Shown here in pieces: positions 9,986 to 20,468 of a DNA stretch of 64,000 bases; position 1 is the stretch's first letter; every line of letters begins with the position of its first letter. Source of the stretch: Clostridium sp. (lineage in GTDB: Bacteria > Bacillota > Clostridia > Clostridiales > Clostridiaceae); the NCBI RefSeq assembly GCF_051656525.1, contig NZ_JBOGCC010000278.1, positions 22,112 through 86,111 on the forward strand, given 5' to 3'. Position numbers and translations under genes: made by a program. Below the pieces are notes generated by a model, which saw only the letters and a program-made list of their open reading frames with translations, was not told the origin of the DNA and made no database searches.

Positions 9986-10579
9986 TTATCGTTCATCTGC
10001 TTGGAAGCAGATTTCTACCATTCTGGCAACGAACAGTAACATCTCTACAAAACCGCCAGGATGTGACACCCACTTAAAGATTAACTGTGCGTCGTTCATA
10101 CTAAGAGGTGCGGTATACAGGGGTTTTATGAGATTTGAACGTGAAGCGGTGATGCGTGGATCGATACGTGAGGCACCGATTGTTACGGCTGTACCGATGT
10201 TACCCACGACATTAAATTTAGTTACTTCTGCGTTGTTTCTAATCGCAGCGGCTACGACCCCGTCCCACGTTACAGCTCGCCCAGGTGCTTTACCCGTCTC
10301 AACAAACTGCATAGCGCGATTAAAGTAGTCATATAATGTGCCGCTGGAGGCACCCATATCTTCGAGCAGACGTTTATGATGCACGCGACGTACAGTGTGC
10401 ATATAACGTACAGCTACACGAATACCCATATCAAAAGCATCATAAGTACGATGTTTATCTCGCCCATAAATAAATAAGTCAGCTACACTACGTGCAGTAT
10501 TGACATCTTGGATGGTCAGGCGATTAGAATCGGCATCATAACGATCGTCAAGGGCTTGGATGATTTCAGCCATGTCCAT
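9986..10579 (-). CDS. Virion head protein (phiKZ gp91-like)
   Basis: 197-aa ORF, GAGG SD; synteny. Confidence 0.55.
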   Translation of the reverse strand: MDMAEIIQALDDRYDADSNRLTIQDVNTARSVADLFIYGRDKHRTYDAFDMGIRVAVRYMHTVRRVHHKRLLEDMGASSGTLYDYFNRAMQFVETGKAPGRAVTWDGVVAAAIRNNAEVTKFNVVGNIGTAVTIGASRIDPRITASRSNLIKPLYTAPLSMNDAQLIFKWVSHPGGFVEMLLFVARMVEICFQADER

Positions 10580-10589
10580 GATATCACCC

Positions 10590-11513
10590 TCAGAGTTTGT
10601 ATTTCTTGGTCAGCTGCGCCAACTTATAATCCAGATCGCGGATACGCTCTTCGTGGATTGAAAGTTCTTTCTCCAGCGCTACGTCACCTTCACCACGCTC
10701 GAGTCGGTTCTTAATTAGCAGTACACGATAGTGCAATGCTTTTTCTTGGGCAGTCAGACGCTCAAACTCTTGTGCTTGTGCTTCAACACGAGACAATCGG
10801 TAGTGATACAGCATTGACAGCGGCCAGCTCAGGTTAGCAAAACCGAATGGGTTAGCGTTACCGCCGCCCAGAGCGATTTGTTCTGCTTCACCTTCAGCTG
10901 TTTCTGCGATACGCATTTGTGGCAGGGTTTTGATACCGCGCTTTAACTGCTCGGTAGTCATAGCCATGATCTTCAATGCTTCAATGTAGTTTACTGAATT
11001 GGCGACGATTGATTCGTAAACATTTGGCGAAATGCCAGATTTACGATCTCGGCCATCCAGAGTATTGTACTCTGTTGCCGTCATCCAGTTCAGCAAAGTC
11101 GCAGTATAGGTAACTACGAAATCTACAGTTTCAGCATATTGCAGGATAACTGCTTTGGTAAAGGTCAGGCCGCTACGGAAGATCTTGGTTTCGAAACTAC
11201 GGTTAGCTTCAGAAATGATCACCGGAATACAATGCTGCATGTTTTTCAGAACTGCTTGAATAGCTTCAATGCCTGAGCAGTCACGTGGTAACTTCAAGTG
11301 GTCTTGAGTACGAACTGCTTTAGCGATCTTATTACTGATCTCAATTAGTTCAGCATTCTTCCACTTGTATTCATGTCCCAGTGTAGACACGAACATATCA
11401 GTGCCAACCAGGAGGTTGTTAGTGATTTGTTCCTGTGCCGTTTCAAGGTTTAATTTGACTGCCTTAGATTCCATTGAAGGCAACAGTTTGGCAGCGTATT
11501 GATACAGGCTCAT
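10590..11513 (-). CDS. Inner head protein (phiKZ gp90-like)
   Basis: Start moved to MSLYQY (GGAG SD); C-terminal coiled coil; synteny. Confidence 0.6.
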   Translation of the reverse strand: MSLYQYAAKLLPSMESKAVKLNLETAQEQITNNLLVGTDMFVSTLGHEYKWKNAELIEISNKIAKAVRTQDHLKLPRDCSGIEAIQAVLKNMQHCIPVIISEANRSFETKIFRSGLTFTKAVILQYAETVDFVVTYTATLLNWMTATEYNTLDGRDRKSGISPNVYESIVANSVNYIEALKIMAMTTEQLKRGIKTLPQMRIAETAEGEAEQIALGGGNANPFGFANLSWPLSMLYHYRLSRVEAQAQEFERLTAQEKALHYRVLLIKNRLERGEGDVALEKELSIHEERIRDLDYKLAQLTKKYKL

Positions 11514-11523
11514 CGATGACTCC

Positions 11524-12657
11524 TTAATAAGACGGTGCAGCGCCTGCGGTGTATGCACGCAGAACGTCTTCTACTTCGGCTCCGCCCTTCTTGTTAGCGC
11601 GCTTCAACGCATCTACGGAAACGGTTGTTTTCTGGTCAATACCACGGTGATAGAACGTTACCTGTTCCCACTGGGTATCAACTACAACCATGATCATAGT
11701 ATAAGTTGATTCGAACACACGCTGACGGATTGCGTAGTCGTCCAATTCACCACCCATTTCCAGTTCCAGCTCTTCAGCTTGGCGAGTAGTAAACGCCAGA
11801 ATAGCGGAAGCGTTGTTTACTGATGGACGCAGTGAGAACAGACCAGACAGGAAGTTCTTAGAACGCTTGCTCAGAATGTGGCGATAGAACTTGGACTTGT
11901 CTTTGATGCGAGTACGACGCGCTTCATCGATCAGGTCATTCAACATGATCAAATCGTGGAACCAGTGCAGAGAACCGGCACGCACGCGAATCAGACGCTC
12001 TTTAAAAGAGTTGTTGGTGCTGCCTGAGCGCAGGATACCTAACATTGTTGCGTCATCTACGTCGGATACCATCAGACGCACTTGCATGTTTACTGGCTTG
12101 CGATTGCCGTTTGCTTCGAATACAACTTCGAATGACTTACCAACAGACAGGTTAGCCAGCTCACGCAGGTCGGCTTGAGTAGTACGACCGAAAGACATAC
12201 CGCGTTCATCACGAACGTCTTCGATAGCTTCGAAACCGCGCTTACCTGACTTAGGACGCTGTGCGTTTAACAGCATACCGGAGATCTCGGGATTAGGCAG
12301 ACCATACTGCCAGCTCTCTGTACCCAGGAAGCTGTGTGCTTTTGCACCGGCGCCTAACAGAGAATCCAGTGGATCACGATTGGTGTTGATCTGGTCGAGA
12401 ATCTCTCTGTCATTAATGCCATCAATTTCTACCAGTGTAGAAATGGCAGACAACATGTATGAAGTTACCAGCGTCAAGCACGACTGCATAATTTCGTTTG
12501 AATATGGCAAAGCTGCCACATCAGAAGTTACCAGTGTTAGGAACTCGTTGCGCGTGTTGCTCGATACTTCAATGATGCTATCGCTCCGAGACTGCTTTAC
12601 CAGTCCCGCGAGTCGACTAATTACCGTGGAGACTACTGGTTGCAGTTCTTCCAACAT
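11524..12657 (-). CDS. Inner head protein (phiKZ gp89-like)
   Basis: ATG at 12657 with GGAG SD; internal LGTE/RGFE sites; synteny. Confidence 0.6.
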   Translation of the reverse strand: MLEELQPVVSTVISRLAGLVKQSRSDSIIEVSSNTRNEFLTLVTSDVAALPYSNEIMQSCLTLVTSYMLSAISTLVEIDGINDREILDQINTNRDPLDSLLGAGAKAHSFLGTESWQYGLPNPEISGMLLNAQRPKSGKRGFEAIEDVRDERGMSFGRTTQADLRELANLSVGKSFEVVFEANGNRKPVNMQVRLMVSDVDDATMLGILRSGSTNNSFKERLIRVRAGSLHWFHDLIMLNDLIDEARRTRIKDKSKFYRHILSKRSKNFLSGLFSLRPSVNNASAILAFTTRQAEELELEMGGELDDYAIRQRVFESTYTMIMVVVDTQWEQVTFYHRGIDQKTTVSVDALKRANKKGGAEVEDVLRAYTAGAAPSY

Positions 12658-12687
12658 ATGCAAACTCCCAATTTTACGAGGTAGATT

Positions 12688-13965
12688 ATGTCCGACGAAT
12701 TACCCAATGCACTACTTGATAGCATAGGTGTCGAGGATGCAAGAAAACGATCCAAAGAAAATGTTAGAATCGCCTCTGGGCGCGGCGAAGGAGAGGCTGC
12801 AACAGCTGGCCTATTCAGCGGTTTTAACCATAGAAATGCACCTATCGATTTACCGCGCAACACTGACCGGATCGGCTATACCTTCTTTACTCGCACCGAT
12901 GTTAACTTTGACCTTAACAATATAAAGCGTTCTCGCTTCTTGACAGAAGCACTACGCGCTGGTCATAGTTCGTATACTGCAGCAATTATGGCAATGCTAG
13001 ATCCGCAATGTGGTATCTTCTCTCAGATGAAGGACACTTACGGTGGTCCAGATAGACCAAACCAAGCATTCATGCCTGAAGGCGAGTATGGTATGGTGGG
13101 TGGTAAAATCCACAATGAAGTAGGCTTTGACAACAAGTGTGCATTCATTCCAATGTTGTCTAACCTGCTTGTATCTTTGTCTGGATTCCCTGATTCTTCT
13201 CTAGACGTATATCGTACTGAAGAAGGTATCATGCGAGAACAACGCTCATATCCAGACAGTACACGTAATACTAACGGCGCCATTACTCTCTCTGCTACAT
13301 TCAGTAATATTGCTGGCGACCCAGTCTCTGTCCTGTTCAACATGTTGATTGATTACATCGCACGTGTTAAAGACGGTACGTTCTTACCACGCTGGGAAAA
13401 CATGTTACAGCGTCGTGCTGATTACGAGATGCGTGTCTATCGTTTATTGACGGACACCACAGGGCGATATGTAACCAAGTATGGTATTGGTAATGCGATG
13501 TTCCCATTGAATGATACTATGGGTGCATTTATGAACGTGCCTAATGCCAATAATGGTATCATTGCCGACATCGACCAGCTCAACGTTACGTTTGAATGTA
13601 ACGTTACTAGTTACAATGACCCAATCATTAAGCAAGAATTTAATGAAGTGGTTACGATGTTCAATCCAGACATGATTCGTGCGTCCAGTTCTAATGCTGC
13701 TTTCAAACCACGCAGTGATAAACTTATTAAGCTAGATGGTGCTGCACGTATCTACTGTAACACTCACGGTTATCCGCATCTCGATGTAAATACCAATGAG
13801 CTATCGTGGTGGGAATACAGTGATGTTATTGATCGACTAAAAGGTCGCAGTGCCGATCCTGTAGAAAAACAAGCAGTCAATACTTTCACTGGTATACCAG
13901 GTTATGTATTACCGCCGGTTGGCGAGGATGGATTAGTCCCACTCGAACCTTGGATACCTTTCTGA
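12688..13965 (+). CDS. Virion structural protein, tail-tube/baseplate related (phiKZ gp88-like)
   Basis: 425-aa ORF, GAGG SD, divergent from the gp89-like gene; synteny. Confidence 0.55.
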   Translation: MSDELPNALLDSIGVEDARKRSKENVRIASGRGEGEAATAGLFSGFNHRNAPIDLPRNTDRIGYTFFTRTDVNFDLNNIKRSRFLTEALRAGHSSYTAAIMAMLDPQCGIFSQMKDTYGGPDRPNQAFMPEGEYGMVGGKIHNEVGFDNKCAFIPMLSNLLVSLSGFPDSSLDVYRTEEGIMREQRSYPDSTRNTNGAITLSATFSNIAGDPVSVLFNMLIDYIARVKDGTFLPRWENMLQRRADYEMRVYRLLTDTTGRYVTKYGIGNAMFPLNDTMGAFMNVPNANNGIIADIDQLNVTFECNVTSYNDPIIKQEFNEVVTMFNPDMIRASSSNAAFKPRSDKLIKLDGAARIYCNTHGYPHLDVNTNELSWWEYSDVIDRLKGRSADPVEKQAVNTFTGIPGYVLPPVGEDGLVPLEPWIPF

Positions 13966-13978
13966 TTAGAGGTTAGTG

Positions 13979-16906
13979 ATGAGTACAAAGCTTAAAGATG
14001 TAGTCAATGAAATGGCTGCATATATCTACAACCCGGATTCATTAATCGATATCGGTCTAGATCGCTTACGCGACTTCAGTGATCCAGATAAAGACATTAT
14101 GTTGATGGATCCATCTGACCCTGTGGTTTACACGGTTGAGAACTCTGCACTATATGCACATGCTGCTATTACACATGACTGGCATTGCATGACAAAGACG
14201 TATCCGCGTTTAGCAATGACACGTGCTGACCTGTATGCGCATATGTCGGATAAGGATCATGTTGATCTCTTTGACCAGCCAGCTTCCACAGTTGCAATGT
14301 TGCTAATCAATAAAGAAGAGATTATCAAGCAGGCCGTTCCGCCACAGTCTTCTGGTATGCGTCGCATCATCATTCCACGTGATAGTAAGTTCATGGTGGA
14401 TGGCTACGCATTCACAATGCAGTATCCTATTGAGATTCGCGTATTGCCGTCTGGTGGTTTACGTATCGTGCAACTTAACGATAGTGAATCACCGGTCCGT
14501 GTAATGGACACCAACAATATCGACTGGATGGAAGTAAATAAGGAAGTAGAAGGACGTGCTTATACTTGTATCGCTATCAATATTCCAGTGATGCAATATG
14601 ATATTCGTTCAACTATCTCTCCGTTAGTTACCGGTATGTCTTTCGCTCAGAAATTTGCGTACGAAGATAAGTTCTACTTTGCACGCGTGTGGATGCGGAC
14701 TGGGAAAGAGTGGGTTGAGTTGAAAACAACTCATAACCAGTTAGCTATCAACGTAACAGACCCAACAGCATACCTGCAAGTTAACGACGGTACGATTCAG
14801 GTTAAGATTCCTGATATCTACATCCGTCAAAAGCTGGTGGCTGGTGAGATTCGTGTTGATGTCTACACTACCAAAGGTGTTATGTCTGCTGACTACGGCG
14901 GCTACAACTCGGATGCCTTCACAATGGCTATCCGTGATATCGGTGGTGAGATAGATCCATACCTGATTACGCCATTTGAGAAACTGACTTTCCGTCAGGT
15001 GTATTTCCAACAGCGTATATCTGGCGGTCGTACTGCTTTAACTTTCGAACAGTTAAAGAACCGCGTAATTGACAATGCCGTTGGTCCACGCAAGATCCCA
15101 ATTTCAGAAAGTCAGCTTGAAGCTACATTATCTGATATGGGATATACGGTAGATCGCTCTATTGACTTCGTAACTGACTTACAGTTCCATGTTTCTAAAG
15201 AGTTGTTGCCAAGCACCGTCAAAGACCTCACAACACCGTGCGGTTCTACCAATGGGATTATCCGTACAACCTTCACTGATCTCGTTAAACAGCCTTCTGT
15301 GTACGATAATGGACGTCGTATTACATTAGGGCCTAAAACACTGTACGAAGATCAATTCGGTACATATGCCGTGCACGAAAAGACTGTTGATGACTTGCAT
15401 CTATTACCAGCAGTTCAGCGTGCAGACTACATTAATGGTCGTCGACTGTTCTTCAGCCCGTTCTATTATGTACTGGATTCGAATAGCAATGTGTTTGAGG
15501 TGCGTCCTTATGATTTGGACTCTCCTGCAATCACAAGCAAGGAATTCATCGAGACTAATATCTCTCTTGAGTTGGATATTGGCGTTGGTGAGTGTCGGTT
15601 ATCCAAAGAAGACGATGGCTACCTACTGCGTATTGTAACGCGTTCAGGTGACGCTGTTAAACAATTGGATAATGATCAGGTGGAAGTACAGTTGTGCTTC
15701 CGTGCACGTAACTCTGAAGGATGGAGCCGCTTAGATGGTAAACTGGTTGGTTATTATGGCGACGATAAGCCAGAACGTGTATATGATTTCCCAATCAAGT
15801 CAACTATGGACATTGACAAAAACCATGATTTGATTGTGCGTAACTTTACCATCAATGGTACTCAAGTAACTGACCAGGCGCTACGGTTAGATGCTGAGTT
15901 CCATATTGTATTTGGTGTTAATGGTTACACTACACCGAACTACAAGCCAGGTAACATCGAAAGTATCCTCTATCCTAAAACCAATGCTACTAAAGGCGTA
16001 ACTCATGAAGTGATTCATGTTCACCTAGGTGATCACTTGAAAGCACTGTGGGCCAACTGCCGTAGTGATACTGGTGGTGCTGAATATCTGTTACATGATA
16101 CAGATGTTCCAGCGCGGTATGCGTCACGTGTATACAAACGGGAGAACGGTGTATTCGTTACAGAAGTCGGCGAAGATGGTCAGAAACGTTTGGTTATTGA
16201 ACATGAAGCTGGCGATATCCAGTATGAGCCAGATGGTGTAACACCAGTAATTCAGTTTAAAGCAGGTACACCGGTTTATAGCAACGGTCAACCTATTGTA
16301 CTTAATGAACGTACTATCTTACGTCGTTTAGAGTTGTTCTTGTTAGATGGTCGTTACGCTGTTTGTGACCAGCCTGACGTTATGGACTACGCTAAGCAAG
16401 TTAAAGAAGACTTGAAGAAGTCGGTATTGTTTGATCTTGAATTTGTTAACAAAGCCAAGCATAGTCAAACCGATTTCTTTATCTATCCACGTAACAACAT
16501 GGGTAAAGTCTGGGTACGTTATGCGGATAACACTCAGAATCAGATTCCGGCAGAGCTGGCATTTATGTTCGAAGTGTATGTTAGTGAAACTGTACGTACT
16601 GACTTTGTCCTTACGTCTAAGATCACTGACACTATCCGCAGTACTGTTAATAAACTGCTTAAAGACTCGACAGTATCCGTTTCTAAAACATTGGATACTA
16701 TTCGTAAATCTATTTCGGATTCTATTGTGGATATCGAGATGGAAGCGTGGGGAGATGAGCAGGATCAGAAGGTTTACACAATGATCAATCCGAAAGATCA
16801 GTTGACTATGAGTAAAGTCGCGTATGTAACGCCAGATGGGTTTGTTTCATTGCGGGATGATGTTCGTATCAGCTGGGGTCGTCTGGATGAAGACCTGAAA
16901 AAATAA
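13979..16906 (+). CDS. Large virion protein, probable baseplate wedge (phiKZ gp87-like)
   Basis: ~975 aa; ISGGRTALTFEQLKNR resembles the gp6/gpJ GG.d.Es motif; synteny. Confidence 0.6.
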   Translation: MSTKLKDVVNEMAAYIYNPDSLIDIGLDRLRDFSDPDKDIMLMDPSDPVVYTVENSALYAHAAITHDWHCMTKTYPRLAMTRADLYAHMSDKDHVDLFDQPASTVAMLLINKEEIIKQAVPPQSSGMRRIIIPRDSKFMVDGYAFTMQYPIEIRVLPSGGLRIVQLNDSESPVRVMDTNNIDWMEVNKEVEGRAYTCIAINIPVMQYDIRSTISPLVTGMSFAQKFAYEDKFYFARVWMRTGKEWVELKTTHNQLAINVTDPTAYLQVNDGTIQVKIPDIYIRQKLVAGEIRVDVYTTKGVMSADYGGYNSDAFTMAIRDIGGEIDPYLITPFEKLTFRQVYFQQRISGGRTALTFEQLKNRVIDNAVGPRKIPISESQLEATLSDMGYTVDRSIDFVTDLQFHVSKELLPSTVKDLTTPCGSTNGIIRTTFTDLVKQPSVYDNGRRITLGPKTLYEDQFGTYAVHEKTVDDLHLLPAVQRADYINGRRLFFSPFYYVLDSNSNVFEVRPYDLDSPAITSKEFIETNISLELDIGVGECRLSKEDDGYLLRIVTRSGDAVKQLDNDQVEVQLCFRARNSEGWSRLDGKLVGYYGDDKPERVYDFPIKSTMDIDKNHDLIVRNFTINGTQVTDQALRLDAEFHIVFGVNGYTTPNYKPGNIESILYPKTNATKGVTHEVIHVHLGDHLKALWANCRSDTGGAEYLLHDTDVPARYASRVYKRENGVFVTEVGEDGQKRLVIEHEAGDIQYEPDGVTPVIQFKAGTPVYSNGQPIVLNERTILRRLELFLLDGRYAVCDQPDVMDYAKQVKEDLKKSVLFDLEFVNKAKHSQTDFFIYPRNNMGKVWVRYADNTQNQIPAELAFMFEVYVSETVRTDFVLTSKITDTIRSTVNKLLKDSTVSVSKTLDTIRKSISDSIVDIEMEAWGDEQDQKVYTMINPKDQLTMSKVAYVTPDGFVSLRDDVRISWGRLDEDLKK

Positions 16907-16915
16907 GGTAAAAAG

Positions 16916-16937
16916 GAGAGGGGCGTGAGCCCCTCTC
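16916..16937. terminator. Terminator at a convergent junction
   Basis: gagaggggc-gtga-gcccctctc with an upstream A-run. Confidence 0.8.
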
Positions 16938-17039
16938 AATAACTGTAACCCGTCACAAAATTGATAACGAAGTGCGATTGCGGGCGTCACTAAAATATCC
17001 CACATGCCAACTGAAAAGCGCACGCACATACTAAAAGAG

Positions 17040-18731
17040 TTAAAGGTCGGTTTGCATTACCACAAGCATCGTCTCGGTTGACTTCTGTGCAGCCTCGATG
17101 TTGCGACAGTACTGTACCATATCCCTTGAACTCTCCACAGCTGTCTCCAGGAACATACGGATAGATTCCATGAAGTTACCTGTGATGCCGTGACCAGGAC
17201 CAATCATTAAGCGCTTCTCTTTCTCGGTTAACTCGTTAGCAATCTTACGAGCAACGATAGCTTTGCGCTCCAGACGTTTTGCAGTTACTTCGATTTTGTT
17301 ATTGAATCGAGCAAGCTCACGACTCTGGCCTTCCATACACGCTTCGATTACCTTCTCACGGTTTTCGATCTTCAGACAGTGACGGATAAGGTCAGCAATC
17401 CGATGGATCTTAGCCGGGAACAAATCAGGGCCGCGGTTGATAGACTTCGGTAGGGTGTTGTTGAACCGACTTTCACGGCATGCTTCGAAAGTCTTATTCC
17501 ACAGTAGTACATCAGACGGTGTATGTCCTAGCTGATTTGGGCGATGTGCTTGGACAGCCTTGTACTTAGGTTCTTTTAGTCCTAAGTTAACCATGAACAA
17601 ATGCGGACTTTCTGGAGCCGGAGAATTGCGCACCATTGTCATTACACGGTTACGCTCTTCTTCAGGACGTGTCTTCAGCCAGGTGATGTTGTTTTCATCA
17701 CCGAACATTGTCCGTAACATACGACCCATCATATTCGTGAACTCTTTGTCTTCCATGAGATCATCGAATGATTTGTCCAGGTTCTTGGTGATTGCCTGAA
17801 GCATCTTAGTTGAGTCATCTACGATAATCTCAACACCTTCCATCATTGCACCTGCTTGCTCCAGGTCTTTCCGACGGAAGTACTTGTCCATCTGGATACG
17901 TGCAGGCGATTGAGTAGAAGAGTCGTACCGTTGACCATAGCGACTGGAGTCAGTTACTTTTGTGTAACCGTGCGCTTGGTCGTGTGAGATGCACGGTACC
18001 TTATCCATGAATCCGCAGAATGAGAAATCGAATACTGCGTCAGGATGGATGATCATATATAGCGGTAAAATGAATGCTGGGTCGTTGTTCTGTCTAGCCA
18101 CATCAGCATCAGTGCAATGTGGGAACAGGCGACCAAACCAAGTCATTAGACGCGCATACACAATCGAGGCTTGTTCTAAATTATAACGATCGTCTTGAGT
18201 GACGAGCTTCATCAGTGTTTCCACGGTATGTGGAGCACTATCATAAGCGCCGTACTCTTCAGCCATTCGTTTAAGTTCGGGCTGTGGATTACGCTGAATC
18301 TCATCAATCCAGTTCTGTGCAGTTTCCATCTCTTTGCTGAGACGGCTCTCTGCTTCCTTCTGGAACTCCCGCGCTTTACGCGATGCGTTGCTACCGCCAC
18401 CGCCTCCACCGCCTCCGCTGCTGCTACCAAACAACCAACTGAAGATCTTAATCAGTAATGTGAAAACTAAGCCAAACCCCAGGATCACCGACAGCAATTG
18501 CTTGAAGTTAATTGCTTCGAGTGCCAACTCACGTCCAGTGTTAGATGGGTTAACTGTTAATTTTCGAGAATCCATACCTCGAATAGAGCCTCCTAAGAGG
18601 CTCTCTAATCCAAGTCCAGATTCGCGGCAAATGCCCTCATTACCGATACGTGTCTTGTAGCGTTCTAACTCTTGAATGAGTCGTTGGTTATCTTCGACCG
18701 CCTTAAGCTCATTATCGATATCGAGTTCCAT
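17040..18731 (-). CDS. Processed virion head protein with a hydrophobic segment and Gly linker
   Basis: Start moved to MELDID (TAATG overlap with the upstream stop, GGAG SD); LGLE/LALE sites, TM-like LLSVILGFGLVFTLLIKIFSWLF, poly-Gly. Confidence 0.7.
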   Translation of the reverse strand: MELDIDNELKAVEDNQRLIQELERYKTRIGNEGICRESGLGLESLLGGSIRGMDSRKLTVNPSNTGRELALEAINFKQLLSVILGFGLVFTLLIKIFSWLFGSSSGGGGGGGGSNASRKAREFQKEAESRLSKEMETAQNWIDEIQRNPQPELKRMAEEYGAYDSAPHTVETLMKLVTQDDRYNLEQASIVYARLMTWFGRLFPHCTDADVARQNNDPAFILPLYMIIHPDAVFDFSFCGFMDKVPCISHDQAHGYTKVTDSSRYGQRYDSSTQSPARIQMDKYFRRKDLEQAGAMMEGVEIIVDDSTKMLQAITKNLDKSFDDLMEDKEFTNMMGRMLRTMFGDENNITWLKTRPEEERNRVMTMVRNSPAPESPHLFMVNLGLKEPKYKAVQAHRPNQLGHTPSDVLLWNKTFEACRESRFNNTLPKSINRGPDLFPAKIHRIADLIRHCLKIENREKVIEACMEGQSRELARFNNKIEVTAKRLERKAIVARKIANELTEKEKRLMIGPGHGITGNFMESIRMFLETAVESSRDMVQYCRNIEAAQKSTETMLVVMQTDL

Positions 18732-19156
18732 TATTGCTCCCGGATAATACCTGAGATGGTTTTGGAGAATGGACCAATCCAAGCGTTATACTTGTCGGTC
18801 AGGTCTTTACCTTCGAACACTGTCATCTGCTTACGATGTTCTGCGAAGTCCACGATAAACATCGGAGTGTTAACGATGTTATAGCGCATCAGCCAAATAT
18901 CACGGATTGTACGCATGATATAATGCGTGTTACATAGCTGAATCTCGTTGATATCAGAAACGATTTGTTCTGATACTTCACGAGCTACGCGATCGAAGTA
19001 AGTACCGGACTCTTCAATCTTGCCGATTGGGCAGATTGTTGAATACGCTACCGCAGCCGATACGATATTGTTAAGCAAGAAGATACGTTCTTTACCTTGC
19101 AGTCCAGAGTTTGCTTGGAAGTTGCGTACAACTTCACGTAAGCCCAATGCTGACAT
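18731..19156 (-). CDS. Small virion-block protein (141 aa)
   Basis: GAGGAG SD; coupled to the downstream gene. Confidence 0.7.
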   Translation of the reverse strand: MSALGLREVVRNFQANSGLQGKERIFLLNNIVSAAVAYSTICPIGKIEESGTYFDRVAREVSEQIVSDINEIQLCNTHYIMRTIRDIWLMRYNIVNTPMFIVDFAEHRKQMTVFEGKDLTDKYNAWIGPFSKTISGIIREQ

Positions 19157-19166
19157 GCTTTACTCC

Positions 19167-20468
19167 TCAGAATGAATCCAGTTGTGCCTTAGCCACAAAA
19201 AGATCGTTGTTCATTAATTTTTCCAGGGTCTGCTGGAATTCACGTGAAGCTTTGATCTTACGGCCTGTTGGAATCAGGTAATGCCAAATCGCTTCCAGTA
19301 CATCAGGCTTATCTTTCAGAGTAGCTAATGCTTCATCCAGAACTTTGATGTTTGAAACGATCGCATCACGTGCATCTGTGTCGGCCTGCTTCAGAGAGCC
19401 AACCATTTCATTACGAATACGGTTGAGTCGCTCCTCTGGATCGTCGTAAATCTTGAACTCTGGGTTACATCCCACAATCAAGACTGCAGACAGTAGACTG
19501 AATAATGCAAAGCCAGACACTGCCAGATAAACCAGAGATGCCAATACAATCACAGTACCGAAGACGTTAATCAGGATGTGTGATAATGTACTGCGAGTAG
19601 AAGAACTACCGTACATCTGATAGATCTTGGCTAACCCAGTACCTAACTCTGCGCCAAAACCATGACGTGTGGCGAATTGGTCAGATACGAATTCAAAACC
19701 ACGCAGTGTGTACATCTCATCACCTTCAGCACTACGACGCTGCTTAACAGTATCGGATACCAAGTGGATGAAGATAGACTCTGCTGATTCGGAATTACAG
19801 ATTGTCTCTTTGTCTTCCAGCGTTGCATCGACCGCTTTCTCATATGCAGTCAGTAACTTAACGCGATCTACGTCACGCCCAGTCTTGAGGACCTTCTGCG
19901 TGGTATAGAGTGCAGCGTAGTTGATACCCACCAGCTCAATCAGGCATTCAAAGTAGTAGAATACGTGACCGATTTCATGAGAAACAATTGCAGCAACTTC
20001 TGCATCGCTGAAGCGTTCGGTGTTTTCCAACAGACCGCGTGTGATATATAGAGGCACAGACATCTTACTGAATGTACCTTCTACTCGGGCGTTCTTACGG
20101 TCGATAATCCCGTTAAACTTACCGTTGGTGAAGTTTAGGACCTGTTCCAAATCGGTATTCGATTGCCAACCGCGCATGAAGTTCGGTATCAGCGGATTGT
20201 TGCGATCAAGCGATGGTACATACACGTACGCATTAACCAACGGTGTCATATCGCACTTAACACGAATGTCAATACCGGTTTCTTCTTTGATGGCTTGCAT
20301 AATACCACTGGCATTAACGCCTTCAGCAGTATACACGCCAACAGAACGCAGTTTATGCACAGCATCGATTAACCGAGACTTCAACTTTGAATTCATCTGA
20401 TAAGCGATTGCTTCATTACCGATACGGTATTCTGGCATGAACTCAAATAGTGGATGTGAGTATGGCAT
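19167..20468 (-). CDS. Virion-block protein with an M48-like zinc metallopeptidase signature and TM segments
   Basis: SHEIGH (HExxH), FEFVSDQFATRHGFGAEL (E..AD.FA...G.G..L), hydrophobic stretch ILINVFGTVIVLASLVYLAVSGFALFSLLSAVLIVG. Confidence 0.65.
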   Translation of the reverse strand: MPYSHPLFEFMPEYRIGNEAIAYQMNSKLKSRLIDAVHKLRSVGVYTAEGVNASGIMQAIKEETGIDIRVKCDMTPLVNAYVYVPSLDRNNPLIPNFMRGWQSNTDLEQVLNFTNGKFNGIIDRKNARVEGTFSKMSVPLYITRGLLENTERFSDAEVAAIVSHEIGHVFYYFECLIELVGINYAALYTTQKVLKTGRDVDRVKLLTAYEKAVDATLEDKETICNSESAESIFIHLVSDTVKQRRSAEGDEMYTLRGFEFVSDQFATRHGFGAELGTGLAKIYQMYGSSSTRSTLSHILINVFGTVIVLASLVYLAVSGFALFSLLSAVLIVGCNPEFKIYDDPEERLNRIRNEMVGSLKQADTDARDAIVSNIKVLDEALATLKDKPDVLEAIWHYLIPTGRKIKASREFQQTLEKLMNNDLFVAKAQLDSF

